Position numbers and translations under genes: made by a program. A stretch of DNA of 64,000 nucleotides from Minisyncoccota bacterium (lineage in GTDB: Bacteria > Patescibacteriota > Minisyncoccia > Phycocordibacterales > UBA9973). The first letter of the stretch is position 1, and each line of letters starts with the position of its first letter. Shown piece by piece: positions 19,512-29,927 of the stretch. The DNA lies in contig JANOFO010000007.1 of NCBI GenBank assembly GCA_031413715.1, positions 26,338 through 90,337 of the forward strand, read 5' to 3'. The notes beneath the pieces are model-generated. The model was not told where the DNA came from. It searched no databases and saw only the letters and a program-made list of their open reading frames with translations.

Positions 19512-20543
19512 TTATTTTATAGTATTCCCCGTCTTAATAACGTGATCTACTAGTGTATACGTGTACCCCATTTCGTTGTCATACCAGCCCATCACTTTAA
19601 CAAGATTACCTCCGACGACTCGAGTCATAGCAAGGTCAGCAATTGAGCCATGAGAATTACCTAGTATATCACTCGAGACGAGTGGCTCATCGGTGACATC
19701 GAATATTTTATCCCAACGTGAATCTTTTGCAGCTTTTTTCAATAGATCATTTACTTCTTCTACTGTAGTGTTTCGTTTTGCAATAAATGTAACATCAACA
19801 ATAGATCCAGCAGGAACAGGTACTCGGATCGATATACCATCAAAGAGCCCAGTAAGTTCTGGAAATGCTTCAGTTACAGCGATAGCGGCACCAGTAGAGC
19901 TTGGGACGATATTCTGAGCTGCTGCACGACCTTCACGAGGATCTTTCTTGCTTGGTCCGTCAACAAGAGATTGCGAGGCCGTATATCCGTGGACAGTATT
20001 TAAAATTGCCTTCTCGATACCAAGACTTTCATGCATGATAGCAATAAGCGGAGAAGCTGCATTAGTAGTACAAGAAGCATTCGAAGTGATATCGCATGAT
20101 CCAAATTTATCTTCGTTTACACCAAGTAAAATGGTCTCACCCTTAACCGTACCATCATCACCTTTTGATGGAGCAGAAATAACGACTTTCTTTGCTCCGC
20201 AATCTATATGGAACTTTGCCTTATCATACGAAGTGAAAAGGCCCGTAGATTCGACTACGACATCAATGTCGAGATCTTTCCACGGGAGCTTTGTAGTATC
20301 CTTCTCGGAAATGAATTTAATAGTTTTACCATCGATGATTAGATCGCTGCCAGAAACATTCACTTCATGACCCCATGTTCTGTAGACAGTATCGTGTTTG
20401 AGTAAATATGCTAGATTTTCAATCGAGCCCAAGTCATTGACCGCTATTATTTCAATCTCGGGTTTATCCCATGCAATTTTTAAAAATGCTCTTCCAATCC
20501 TGCCGAAACCATTGATAGCCACCCGAGTTGTCTTTGTTTTCAT
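19512..20543 (-). CDS. gap: Glyceraldehyde-3-phosphate dehydrogenase
   Basis: INGFGRIGR, SNASCTTN, WYDNE. Confidence 0.97.
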   Translation of the reverse strand: MKTKTTRVAINGFGRIGRAFLKIAWDKPEIEIIAVNDLGSIENLAYLLKHDTVYRTWGHEVNVSGSDLIIDGKTIKFISEKDTTKLPWKDLDIDVVVESTGLFTSYDKAKFHIDCGAKKVVISAPSKGDDGTVKGETILLGVNEDKFGSCDITSNASCTTNAASPLIAIMHESLGIEKAILNTVHGYTASQSLVDGPSKKDPREGRAAAQNIVPSSTGAAIAVTEAFPELTGLFDGISIRVPVPAGSIVDVTFIAKRNTTVEEVNDLLKKAAKDSRWDKIFDVTDEPLVSSDILGNSHGSIADLAMTRVVGGNLVKVMGWYDNEMGYTYTLVDHVIKTGNTIK

Positions 20544-20558
20544 ATAAAGATTATATCA

Positions 20559-20783
20559 CTACTCTCCTATATAGGTAAATCGCGGACCTTTATAACCATC
20601 CTTATTTATATCTTCTAGGAACATGCTTATTGGCCGAGCCCACATCTGCTCATGACCTTCATACGGGTGAGTATAGATAACAAGTTCTTGCTCGTAATCT
20701 TCACTGTTTTTCGCTACTCCTAAAACTGTGACGATACCACCTTTGAAATGTTTATATTTACCTATTTTTACTTTAGATTCCAT
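20559..20783 (-). CDS. DUF1653-family protein
   Basis: GKYKHFKG...WARPISMF...PRF. Confidence 0.85.
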   Translation of the reverse strand: MESKVKIGKYKHFKGGIVTVLGVAKNSEDYEQELVIYTHPYEGHEQMWARPISMFLEDINKDGYKGPRFTYIGE

Positions 20784-20785
20784 AT

Positions 20786-22222
20786 CTATATTAATTCTTT
20801 AAGTAATTTTTGTACGATGGCAGGGTTTGCTGAACCTTTTGTCTCCTTCATAATCTGGCCAACTAGTGACATAAGCGCATTTTCCTTGCCTCCTTTATAA
20901 GTAGCGACGATGCTCGGATTCGCATCGATGATTTTCTGTACAATATCTTTGAGTGCACCCTCATCGTTTTTCTGAATTAAATCTTTTTCTATTGCAATCT
21001 TTTTTGGTGATTCATCAGAGATTACAATCATTGCAAGAATATCTTTTGCAGCACGTGAGGAAATCTCATTATCAGCTACCATAGTTATAAGCTCAGCAAA
21101 ATTTTCTACTTTCGGTAGTTTTGCTTGCGAGTTTGATTTTTTGATACCAAGATAGTCCGATGTAATATAGTTTGAAGCAATTTTTATTTTTTCTTTATCA
21201 CTAAGTATCTTAGCAATGCTTTCAAACCACATACCGAGGTCAAGGTCAGTTATGTAACTTGTTACATCTTCATCTTTAATGCCGTATTCACTAGTGTATC
21301 GTGCTTTTTTTACCTGAGGTAATTCAGGTAGTTCATTTTTAAGTTTCTCAATATCAAAAGCTTTACTCAAATAAAGCTTTGGCAAATCTGGATCAGGGAA
21401 ATATCGGTAGTCATTGGCATTTTCTTTTGAGCGTTGAGAGAATGTTGCCTGTTTGTTTTCATCCCATCCACGAGTTTCCTGGATTATCTTATCACCTTGA
21501 CCCGATTCAAGGAGCTCTGTCATGCGCTTGATTTCGTATTCGGCTGCTCGTTCTACTGAACGGAATGAGTTAATATTTTTGACTTCGCATTTGATGCCGA
21601 GTTTATTCGGATCGTCTGAAATAGAGATATTGAGCTCAACGCGCATTTCGCCTTTCTCCATGTTTGCTTCTGATACATCAAGGTAGCGAAGTAAAAGCTG
21701 TAGTTCTTTGCCGAAATCCCCTGCTTCCTTTGCGCTGTGAATAACAGGCTCTGTCACGAGCTCCATAAGCGGGACACCTGCACGATTAAAATCTACAAGA
21801 GAATAGTCGCCTCGGTCACCCGCCCGGCCAAGCCGTTCGGACGGGTGTTTATTGTTTGCAGTGTCCTCTTCTAAGTGAATGCGTGTTATTTTTACACCAT
21901 TTAATTCTCCTCCTGAAACTATTGGAAATTTATATTGTGATATTTGATATGCTTTTGGAATATCGGGATAGAAATAATTCTTGCGGTCAAACTCTGTAAA
22001 GTCAGCAATATCTGATCCGAGCGCAAGTCCCACTTTGATTACATTCTCTACGGCCTTTTTATTAATAACAGGAAGTGTGCCAGGGTGAGCCATGCAGACT
22101 GGGCAGATATTTATGTTTGGCTTCTCTTCATCGGGATTATTGACGCATCCACAAAACATCTTGGAATTGGTATTCAATTCTGCGTGGATCTCGAGGCCGA
22201 TAGTCGTATAGTACTGCTTCAT
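20786..22222 (-). CDS. gatB: Asp/Glu-tRNA amidotransferase subunit B
   Basis: IGLEIHAEL, FDRKNYFYPD, RIHLEEDT, DFNRAGVPLMELVTEP, DYRYFPDPDL. Confidence 0.97.
   Translation of the reverse strand: MKQYYTTIGLEIHAELNTNSKMFCGCVNNPDEEKPNINICPVCMAHPGTLPVINKKAVENVIKVGLALGSDIADFTEFDRKNYFYPDIPKAYQISQYKFPIVSGGELNGVKITRIHLEEDTANNKHPSERLGRAGDRGDYSLVDFNRAGVPLMELVTEPVIHSAKEAGDFGKELQLLLRYLDVSEANMEKGEMRVELNISISDDPNKLGIKCEVKNINSFRSVERAAEYEIKRMTELLESGQGDKIIQETRGWDENKQATFSQRSKENANDYRYFPDPDLPKLYLSKAFDIEKLKNELPELPQVKKARYTSEYGIKDEDVTSYITDLDLGMWFESIAKILSDKEKIKIASNYITSDYLGIKKSNSQAKLPKVENFAELITMVADNEISSRAAKDILAMIVISDESPKKIAIEKDLIQKNDEGALKDIVQKIIDANPSIVATYKGGKENALMSLVGQIMKETKGSANPAIVQKLLKELI
21819..21845. repeat. GC-rich palindrome in frame inside gatB
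   Basis: Minus strand cccgtccgaacggcttggccgggcggg, 27 bp; ends match the element at 50671-50700. Confidence 0.65.
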
Positions 22223-22267
22223 AATATAATGGATTTATACTATCAAAAATAAAGGATTTTTCAAAGT

Positions 22268-22297
22268 AAAGCCGCTTCATACGCATGAAACGGCTTT
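22268..22297. terminator. Terminator-like hairpin
   Basis: aaagccg-c-ttcat-acgc-atgaa-a-cggcttt followed by a T-run. Confidence 0.5.
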
Positions 22298-22386
22298 CTT
22301 TTTCTCGGTTATGACAATTAAAAGAGCTAAAGATATTGTACTCTTTAATTGATAAAAGAGCTAATTTATGCGATTATGTCTTTATT

Positions 22387-22468
22387 GCCCGAGTGGCGGA
22401 ATTGGTATACGCGCACGACTTAAAATCGTGTCTCGTAAGGGATGTGGGTTCGACCCCCACCTCGGGCA
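22387..22468 (+). tRNA. tRNA-Leu(TAA), long variable arm, no encoded CCA
   Basis: GCCCGAG acceptor stem, anticodon arm CACGA-CTTAAAA-TCGTG, T-arm GTGGG-TTCGACC-CCCAC. Confidence 0.95.
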
Positions 22469-22496
22469 CAATTTAGTTTAGTATTTTTTTGAGAAG

Positions 22497-23747
22497 TTAT
22501 TTCGGTAAATATAACACAGGGTTAAGATAGGCGGTCAGAGCTGCGATTGGCTGAGTGAAAATTTTACCATTGCAACTTTTACTAGGAACTGTTTCAACTT
22601 TTACTCCTTCCGAAGCATAGACAGATACATGCAAGTGTGGGCCTGTAGACGAACCAGTATTTCCCGAAAGTGCTACTACATCGCCAGCACTTACCCTTTG
22701 GCCTATCCTTGCAGTTATTGAAGAAAGATGTCCATATGTGCTAGATAGGCCATTGTCGTATTTAATGAATACCCATTTTCCAAATGATGCTCCTTTACAT
22801 GCGACATCCGTATCGCCAGATCCTAATACTTCGCCGGTTGCCATTGCTTTAACTGCAGTTCCGATGGATGCACGGAAATCTGTACCGTAATGAAATCTTC
22901 CCCATCGCTCTGTGAAGTGCGAAGTAATCACTATTTTGTCCAAAGGCCAGGATAACACCTCTGAGCCAGCTTTAGGTAGAAGTTTTGGATTTAAGATAAA
23001 TTGAAGCTGTGCTTCATAATTCTTGAGCTCACGCTCGAATGTTTCTCTCATCTTCTCGCGTTCAGCAAGAAGCTTTTTGTAGTTAGCTTCTTTATTTTTT
23101 GTTTCTGCTAATAATGTGTCCTTTTCTTTTTTCGTAATATCAACTGCCAGCTTTTTATTAGCAAGATCAGTCTTCAAAACAACAAGTGTTTTTTGCTCTG
23201 TTTGCTTTTTAGTTTTTGAGAGATTGAGTGCATCTACCTTATTTTTAAGATCGGCGATGTTATTTTTTACTTCCTTATTTAAGGAAATGATATTGTTGTA
23301 CTCTTGGCTTGCATCAGAGAAGCTTGTCTGTGACATCAATTGGTAAAGCACTCCAGTATTGTCGCGCTCATTTAAGTTACGGAGCATTACTGCTAATAAT
23401 CTTTTCGAATCATTTATGGATTTCTGTTCCATTGAGATATTCTCAGTGAGCGATCCAATCATGAGATTTGTCGCAGTGATTTTCTTTTCAGTCAGCTGTG
23501 TTTCTTTTAGGAGCTTGCTCCGAGTGAGTGTGAGCTCCTTTATAAGATTGGCTAAGGTTTGTGCTTGTTCACTTGTAAGTGATATTTGGTCCTGGTATTT
23601 CTTAATTTCCTTATCAAGAGCTTGGATTTGGGTGTTGGTATCGCTTATCTGCTGATTTACACTCTCGATAGTTGCAGCAAACGAGACCACGGGTATGGCC
23701 AAAATACTAAATATTGTAAAACTTGTAATGAAAATTCTATACTTCAT
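22497..23747 (-). CDS. Secreted coiled-coil protein with M23 peptidase domain (EnvC/NlpD-like)
   Basis: Signal peptide, coiled coil, HYGTD, STYGHLS, SGNTGSSTGPHLH; start at MKYRIF. Confidence 0.88.
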   Translation of the reverse strand: MKYRIFITSFTIFSILAIPVVSFAATIESVNQQISDTNTQIQALDKEIKKYQDQISLTSEQAQTLANLIKELTLTRSKLLKETQLTEKKITATNLMIGSLTENISMEQKSINDSKRLLAVMLRNLNERDNTGVLYQLMSQTSFSDASQEYNNIISLNKEVKNNIADLKNKVDALNLSKTKKQTEQKTLVVLKTDLANKKLAVDITKKEKDTLLAETKNKEANYKKLLAEREKMRETFERELKNYEAQLQFILNPKLLPKAGSEVLSWPLDKIVITSHFTERWGRFHYGTDFRASIGTAVKAMATGEVLGSGDTDVACKGASFGKWVFIKYDNGLSSTYGHLSSITARIGQRVSAGDVVALSGNTGSSTGPHLHVSVYASEGVKVETVPSKSCNGKIFTQPIAALTAYLNPVLYLPK

Positions 23748-23763
23748 TACCATGATTATACTA

Positions 23764-25245
23764 TTATTTTTGAAGGAGTGAAATTGCAGAATGCAAACGA
23801 GATAGAGTCTCTTTCTTACCGAAAATTTCAGAGAGAATAAATGGGTCAGGAGATTTATCTAGGCCAGAGAGAGCATATCGCATAGGCCAAAGAATATCTC
23901 CCCGTCCGACTTGTTCTGCGTATAGCCAAATTGCATCTTTGACTTTTTCTTTCGTAAAGAGGGCTTCCTCAATCTGATCAAGAAGGGATACCGTATATTC
24001 TAGGTAATCAGCGAGGATTCTATATCTATTCTCACCTGGAATTTTTGAAGATTTAAAGAATAATGAATCTTTACTCAAAGTTGGCTTAATGAAGAAATAA
24101 GAAAGTTCTCCAGCTTCTGCCATAGCAATTACATCACTTCCTTTCGATATTCGTTCTATAATTATCGGGGTAATGTTGTGAACGATTTCGTTAGTATACT
24201 GAGGGAGCAATTTTAGATCTGAGGGAATAAATTTTGATATATATTCCTCTTGCTCTTCATAAGACAGTTTCTTGAGGTATTCTCGATTGATCCAATCAAG
24301 TTTTTCATCGTTTAACTGTGCCCCAGATTTTTGAACTTTCTCTAAATCAAAGCTCTGTATTAATTCACCTGATGTAAGAATTTCTCTTTCGTCGCCTGGA
24401 TTCCATCCTAGGAATGCCAAGAAATTAACAACAGCTTCAGGCAAGTATCCTTCCTCGCGGTAAAGAAGGATGTCCTTGGCACCATCTCGCTTGCCAAGTT
24501 TCCTCTTGCCGTCATCTGCCATGATTGGTGCGAATGTTGCAAACATCGGCGGCTCTTCTCCCAATGCTTCATATAGAGAAAGAAACTTGGGTGTTGAAGA
24601 TATAAATTCCTGCCCTCTTGTAACATGCGTAACTCCCATTTCTATATCATCAACAATGTGTGCAAAATTGTACGTAGGATAACCATCTGTTTTTATGAGT
24701 ATAAAATCATCCAATGCTTCTTCTCCTGCTGATAGATTTCCAAAAACTAAATCATGCCACTCATATCTTTTAATAGTTGGTACTTTAAATCGAAGAGGCC
24801 TGGTTCCATCCCAGACTCCAAACTCTTTTGGTCTATGCTCACGAAATAGGAAAGGTGCTTTATTTGCTTCAGCTTCTTTCCTAAATTTTTCAACCTCATC
24901 TTCTGTATAGGGATCGGGGTACGCATAACCTTTTTTAATCAGGATATCTGCATATTTTTTATATAGTGATAGTCGATGGGATTGTATATACGGGGCGTGC
25001 GGACCGCCAATATCCGGTCCTTCATCCCAATCAATACCGAGCCATTTGAGTGACTCAATTATATGCTCCATTGAACCTGCAACTTCTCTTTCCTTGTCAG
25101 TATCCTCAATGCGAAGAATAAATGTGCCGCCGTTTTTCCGTGCCCATAGATATGAGTAGAGAGCCGTGCGAATACCCCCAACATGCATAAAGCCTGTGGG
25201 CGAAGGGGCGAAGCGAGTAACTATTTTTCGGTGAGGTTTATCCAT
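23764..25245 (-). CDS. gltX: Glutamate-tRNA ligase
   Basis: TRFAPSPTGFMHVGG, LRIEDTD, RKLGKRDG. Confidence 0.96.
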   Translation of the reverse strand: MDKPHRKIVTRFAPSPTGFMHVGGIRTALYSYLWARKNGGTFILRIEDTDKEREVAGSMEHIIESLKWLGIDWDEGPDIGGPHAPYIQSHRLSLYKKYADILIKKGYAYPDPYTEDEVEKFRKEAEANKAPFLFREHRPKEFGVWDGTRPLRFKVPTIKRYEWHDLVFGNLSAGEEALDDFILIKTDGYPTYNFAHIVDDIEMGVTHVTRGQEFISSTPKFLSLYEALGEEPPMFATFAPIMADDGKRKLGKRDGAKDILLYREEGYLPEAVVNFLAFLGWNPGDEREILTSGELIQSFDLEKVQKSGAQLNDEKLDWINREYLKKLSYEEQEEYISKFIPSDLKLLPQYTNEIVHNITPIIIERISKGSDVIAMAEAGELSYFFIKPTLSKDSLFFKSSKIPGENRYRILADYLEYTVSLLDQIEEALFTKEKVKDAIWLYAEQVGRGDILWPMRYALSGLDKSPDPFILSEIFGKKETLSRLHSAISLLQK

Positions 25246-25247
25246 GA

Positions 25248-26378
25248 CTATGATTCGTGAGAAAGTGCTATTTCGAGCGCAGCTTGGGCAATCTTTTGTG
25301 CTGCACCGGGTGACGCAAAACCGAGTGCGCTGTTTTTCATTTGTGAGAGTCTTTCTTTATTTTGTATGAGTCGGTCAATCTCGGCCATGAGAACATGCGG
25401 ACTAAGATTGCTTTCTTCTATGACCTCACATGCGCCCGTACGCGCATAATTGAAGGCATTCTTGCGTTGGTGATCACCATTTGAATTTGTGATCGGTATG
25501 ATGATAGATGGTACTCCCCATGAGGCAATTTCAAATATTGATGACCCGGCTCTAGAGATAACCAAAGAGGCTACTCCGGCTGCCATGCGTACATTTAAAT
25601 TGTTTAAATATGATATAGGAACATATCGTGCGATGTTCGGATTATTTTCAAGGACTAATTTCGATCTCTCTACAACATCTTGATGAAGTTTAGCCCCTGT
25701 CTGATGGATAACTTGATATCTTGAAAGTAATTCAGGAAGAATTTCTATAATGACATTATTAATCTTTTCCGCTCCTTGTGATCCACAATATATAAATACT
25801 ACAGGTAAATCCGTATTTGGAAGTTTAAAAAAGTCATGTGCACCTTCTGGGTTGCCTTGGAGTATTGCTTTACGTATCGGTTGACCGGTAAGTGCTGTTT
25901 TTTCTTTTGGAAACTTCTCACCTCCTTCAGGCCATGATACAGCGATACGCTTGGCAAATTTAGCAGTCCAAAGATTGAGCCGTCCCGGGCTTGAGTCGGA
26001 CTCATGAATAATAACGGGGATACGGAGCAGTTTGGCTGCAAAAACCGCTGGAAATGCTGCATAGCCGCCTTTTGAGATGACGACATCGGGATAAATAAAA
26101 AACATTGATAGTAATCCGAAAAATGCTCCGACTCCGGTATTAAACATATCAAAAAAATTTTTTATAGATGAATACGTACGCATCTTGCCAGCAGGAATTT
26201 GCACATAGGTAATCCTGTTCTCAAAAAGCATCCGCTTATCGAACGAAGAGTCAGCCATATAGTAAAGTTTCAGGTCAATAATTTTTTGTTTTTGGGCGAG
26301 CTCATTTAACTCTTCGGCAATGGCAATCAGTGGGTAAAAATGTCCGCCAGTACCTCCTCCTGTAAGCAATATCTTCAT
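25248..26378 (-). CDS. murG: MurG glycosyltransferase
   Basis: GGGTGGHFYP, KGGY, IHESD, GSQGA, ISRAGS, HQRKNA. Confidence 0.93.
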   Translation of the reverse strand: MKILLTGGGTGGHFYPLIAIAEELNELAQKQKIIDLKLYYMADSSFDKRMLFENRITYVQIPAGKMRTYSSIKNFFDMFNTGVGAFFGLLSMFFIYPDVVISKGGYAAFPAVFAAKLLRIPVIIHESDSSPGRLNLWTAKFAKRIAVSWPEGGEKFPKEKTALTGQPIRKAILQGNPEGAHDFFKLPNTDLPVVFIYCGSQGAEKINNVIIEILPELLSRYQVIHQTGAKLHQDVVERSKLVLENNPNIARYVPISYLNNLNVRMAAGVASLVISRAGSSIFEIASWGVPSIIIPITNSNGDHQRKNAFNYARTGACEVIEESNLSPHVLMAEIDRLIQNKERLSQMKNSALGFASPGAAQKIAQAALEIALSHES

Positions 26379-26411
26379 AATTGTTATTGTAGCTTATTTT
26401 ATTTAACTTTT

Positions 26412-27509
26412 CTAGCTTTTCTTTTGTCGTGAAATATTGAGGACCACACCCATAATACCGATCGACAAAAGCAGGGCCGTTCCGCCATGGCTTATAAAAA
26501 CAAGCGGAACGCCAGTGAGCGGAAATACTCCTATGATAGATGCAATATTCATAAATGATTGGGCTGTAATCATAGTGATAATCCCAATTACAAAAAGCTT
26601 TGAGAAAGAATCAGGTGCATGATATGCAATCCTATATCCTCTTAGTGCAAAAGCGACATAGAGGAGTATGAGGATTAGACAGCCAAAAAATCCGAGCTCT
26701 TCCCCTACAACTGCAAAGATCGAATCTCCTTGTGGTTCAGGCAAATAATTGAATTTCTGGATGCTTTGACCAAGCCCGCGCCCAAACACTCCGCCTGATC
26801 CCACTGCGATCAGCGATTGCTGAAGCTGGTAGGATGTAGTAGAACTATTTTGGCTAGGATTTAAAAATGTATTTATTCGTTCTTTAAGATATGGCTTGAA
26901 TGATACTAGAATAACAAATGCGAGTAGAAAAACACCAAGAAGCCCTAAAATATATTTCCATTTGAGTCCAGAGACAAACAGCATGCAGAGGGCAGTAATT
27001 ACAATTAAGATTATGCTTTTTGTGTCTGGTTGCTTTAATAGTAAAAAAACACTTACACTAAATAGAAATATCGGCAGTACTATCTTCCACCCTATATTAT
27101 CAAGCCTCCCCTTTATCCAAGAGAGCCAAGCAGCAAAATAAATAATGAAGCCAATTTTTAAAAATTCCACTGGTTGAAATGAGGCACCTAGAATATCTAC
27201 CCATCGTGTCGCACCACCATGCGAAGACCCAAAGCTTGGTACAAATACAAGGCCAGTTAGGACGATTGAGGCGGCAAATAATGGCAAGGCGTAATTTCTC
27301 CAAAATTTATACGGGATCTTCAAACCGATCCAAAGTGCAACCAGCCCGCCGCCTAATCCAAACACAAATTGGGCAAATATCACACTGTAAAATTTGGTTT
27401 CATTCTTGGCAAGGATTCCAAGCGATGCAGATGTGAACATGATCACACCTATAACTATAAGCGCAATTAATATCCCAAAAAACATTTTGTCTATTTTCCC
27501 TTTTTTCAT
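26412..27509 (-). CDS. ftsW: FtsW (SEDS) peptidoglycan glycosyltransferase
   Basis: FQPVEFLK, QPD, YLPEPQGDSIFAVVGEELG, PLTGVPLVFISHGG. Confidence 0.9.
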   Translation of the reverse strand: MKKGKIDKMFFGILIALIVIGVIMFTSASLGILAKNETKFYSVIFAQFVFGLGGGLVALWIGLKIPYKFWRNYALPLFAASIVLTGLVFVPSFGSSHGGATRWVDILGASFQPVEFLKIGFIIYFAAWLSWIKGRLDNIGWKIVLPIFLFSVSVFLLLKQPDTKSIILIVITALCMLFVSGLKWKYILGLLGVFLLAFVILVSFKPYLKERINTFLNPSQNSSTTSYQLQQSLIAVGSGGVFGRGLGQSIQKFNYLPEPQGDSIFAVVGEELGFFGCLILILLYVAFALRGYRIAYHAPDSFSKLFVIGIITMITAQSFMNIASIIGVFPLTGVPLVFISHGGTALLLSIGIMGVVLNISRQKKS

Positions 27510-27521
27510 CCGATTTAACTG

Positions 27522-28571
27522 CTAACTAATCAATGAAACGATAACTCCAATGATAGCTGTAATAACTGACACAATCCAATAACGCATTGTCACTTTGTAT
27601 TTCGGCCAGCCCAATGCTTCAAAATGATGGTGTAGCGGAGCAAAGAGAAAAACTTTCTTGCCGTTACGATAGCGCCTGCTGCCCATCTGAATAATGCTTG
27701 AAAGTGATGTTATGAAAAGTGGAAATGCGATTATGGGTAAAAGCAATACGGTATTGGTCATAAATGCCACGACTGCAAGCGTTACGGTGAGTCCTATCAT
27801 TCCAGTTTCTCCCATGTAAAAACGAGCGGGTGGAATATTGAACCACAAAAAAGCCAGAGTAGCACCAGTAATAACAGCACAGAAGGCAGCTAGGTCTATT
27901 TGATTATTAAAGAAGGCTATAAGAGTATATGCTCCGAATATCGATGAGAGAACCCCACCAGAGAGCCCATCCACACCATCAATGATACTTGTTGACCAAA
28001 TACCAAGCATAAGCAAAATGAAGAATGGAATAAATATATACCCAAGATCTACAAGCCCGAGCCATGGGATATATATTCCCGATATTCCCAACTTCACAAA
28101 GAACCACCATCCGATGATCAGTCCGAGTCCAATAATAATGCTAATTTTCAGATACCGCAGTTTAATCGGATCGCTTGTCCACTTGCTACTCCCAAAAATT
28201 TGAAGAAGATCATCCCATAACCCTATCAACGATGCCATAATCAAAGTAAATAATGGCAGAAGAGTTTGATTGCGACTAATGAAATAGAGTTTGTTTGTCA
28301 ATTCGTTATGCATAAGAAAATCAACAAACCCAAATATGAAAATAGTAATGATAACCGATACCCAGATAATCATACCACCAGTACGAGGTGTAGATAGCTC
28401 GGCAGTTTCGTCGTGAATTTTATGAAAATCACTGACAGGCACATTCTCTTTGCGAGAAACTTTTCGCCACATTTTATATTTGAAAAAGTAATGGGTAGCT
28501 ACAGGCGTCAAGAGTATCCCGATGACAAAACTGACGGCTGCAGGCAAAAGAATTTTTATCGCATTACTCAT
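27522..28571 (-). CDS. mraY: Phospho-N-acetylmuramoyl-pentapeptide transferase
   Basis: TPRTGG, GLWDD, DGVDGL, FNIPPARFYMGETG, APLHHHFE. Confidence 0.93.
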   Translation of the reverse strand: MSNAIKILLPAAVSFVIGILLTPVATHYFFKYKMWRKVSRKENVPVSDFHKIHDETAELSTPRTGGMIIWVSVIITIFIFGFVDFLMHNELTNKLYFISRNQTLLPLFTLIMASLIGLWDDLLQIFGSSKWTSDPIKLRYLKISIIIGLGLIIGWWFFVKLGISGIYIPWLGLVDLGYIFIPFFILLMLGIWSTSIIDGVDGLSGGVLSSIFGAYTLIAFFNNQIDLAAFCAVITGATLAFLWFNIPPARFYMGETGMIGLTVTLAVVAFMTNTVLLLPIIAFPLFITSLSSIIQMGSRRYRNGKKVFLFAPLHHHFEALGWPKYKVTMRYWIVSVITAIIGVIVSLIS

Positions 28572-29124
28572 CGTTTTTGTTTCCTATTATAACTGCTTCG
28601 AGCTGGCTTCGGACTGTCTCATAATTAGGCAATTTTTCTATCGATGCCACTCCCATATACGAGAGCGCATCAAATGTCGGCTTATAAAGAAGCCTGCGAT
28701 TGTCTCTCTCATCCGTTGTTTTTTCAATCAATCCCCGAACAAGTAAATTACGAAGAATAAAACTTGAATTAACTCCACGAATATAGTCTATCTCGTGGCG
28801 AGTAATACCTGCGCTCTCTTTTGCTGAAGAGCTCTTGTATAAAACAATGGAGAGAGTTTCGAGAGAAGCTTTGGAGAGCTCTTTGGTGATCTCATCTTTG
28901 CGAATGGACTCAATAATCGAAGAAAGTTCCGGAGTGATGCCTAGCGCGACAGAGTCATCTTTTCTTACAAGAATAATCCCGCGATTCTTGAGCGATTGTT
29001 CGAGCATGTTGAGTGCCTCGTCAATTTCTTCTGGGCTGACGCGTAAAAGTTTAGCTAGGTCCCAGACTGACATATCCTCGCCTTTATAGAAAAGTAGCCC
29101 TTCAATTTTTGATTCTAATTCCAT
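28564..29124 (-). CDS. scpB: SMC-Scp complex subunit ScpB
   Basis: LSKASLETLSIVLY, IDYIRGVNS. Confidence 0.92.
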   Translation of the reverse strand: MELESKIEGLLFYKGEDMSVWDLAKLLRVSPEEIDEALNMLEQSLKNRGIILVRKDDSVALGITPELSSIIESIRKDEITKELSKASLETLSIVLYKSSSAKESAGITRHEIDYIRGVNSSFILRNLLVRGLIEKTTDERDNRRLLYKPTFDALSYMGVASIEKLPNYETVRSQLEAVIIGNKNDE

Positions 29125-29128
29125 TTTT

Positions 29129-29177
29129 TGATTAGTTTCTAGTTGCTAGTTTGTAGGTTCTGGTCACTAGAAGCTAG
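29129..29177. repeat. Degenerate 7-bp tandem repeat (7 units, NNNNTAG) spanning the scpA stop
   Basis: tgattag tttctag ttgctag tttgtag gttctgg tcactag aagctag. Confidence 0.6.
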
Positions 29178-29927
29178 AACCTCTTTACTAATTGTAATAT
29201 CTTCAAACGAATTATTCTGAACGACATCAATGATGCCCTCACGTACCAATTCTAGCATGGCAAGAAATGAAACGATAATATGGACTTTGGCTTCTTGTTC
29301 ATCTTCTGCCCCATGACTCTTGGCAAAGTCACGAAAGGAAAAATTGATAGCGCTTTGTATGCGATTAGTCAGGCTATTGATGATAGCTTCAATATTGATG
29401 ACTTTCCTAACCTCTACTACTCCTAGTTTTTCTTCTTTTTTAGGAACACTTTCTAGCACATTCAAGATAGATTGCGACATTATTTCTATAGTAATGGATT
29501 GATCAGGCGAAAAGAGAGGTTCGCTCCAAGTACGTTCAAGTGGACTAAAGATTATCTTCACGCCAAAATTATTTTTAACGTCAATACTGGCATTCTTTAT
29601 AATCTGATAGAGTTTTAATCGTGCTTCAAGGTTTACGATTTTACTTTCTTCATCTTCTGTCAAAACAAGATTCGGCAAAAGTGAACGAGATTTGATGAGT
29701 ATCAAAGTTGCAGCAATCAAAATAAAGTACGATACATCGGCGATGCGTTTGTCATCAGGCATGTCAGAAAGAGATTTGATATAAGAAATATAATCCTCTG
29801 TCACTTGCGCAAGTGAGATTTCATTTACAAAAAGCTTTCGGCTCTCTATGAGCGACAGCAGTAAATCAAGCGGCCCTTCAAATGTCCCAGCGCGGACTTT
29901 GTATATATTTGTTGTAATTTCTTCCAT
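29139..29927 (-). CDS. scpA: Segregation/condensation protein ScpA
   Basis: FEGPLDLLL, AATLILIKSRSLLP, SFLAMLELVR. Confidence 0.93.
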   Translation of the reverse strand: MEEITTNIYKVRAGTFEGPLDLLLSLIESRKLFVNEISLAQVTEDYISYIKSLSDMPDDKRIADVSYFILIAATLILIKSRSLLPNLVLTEDEESKIVNLEARLKLYQIIKNASIDVKNNFGVKIIFSPLERTWSEPLFSPDQSITIEIMSQSILNVLESVPKKEEKLGVVEVRKVINIEAIINSLTNRIQSAINFSFRDFAKSHGAEDEQEAKVHIIVSFLAMLELVREGIIDVVQNNSFEDITISKEVLASSDQNLQTSN

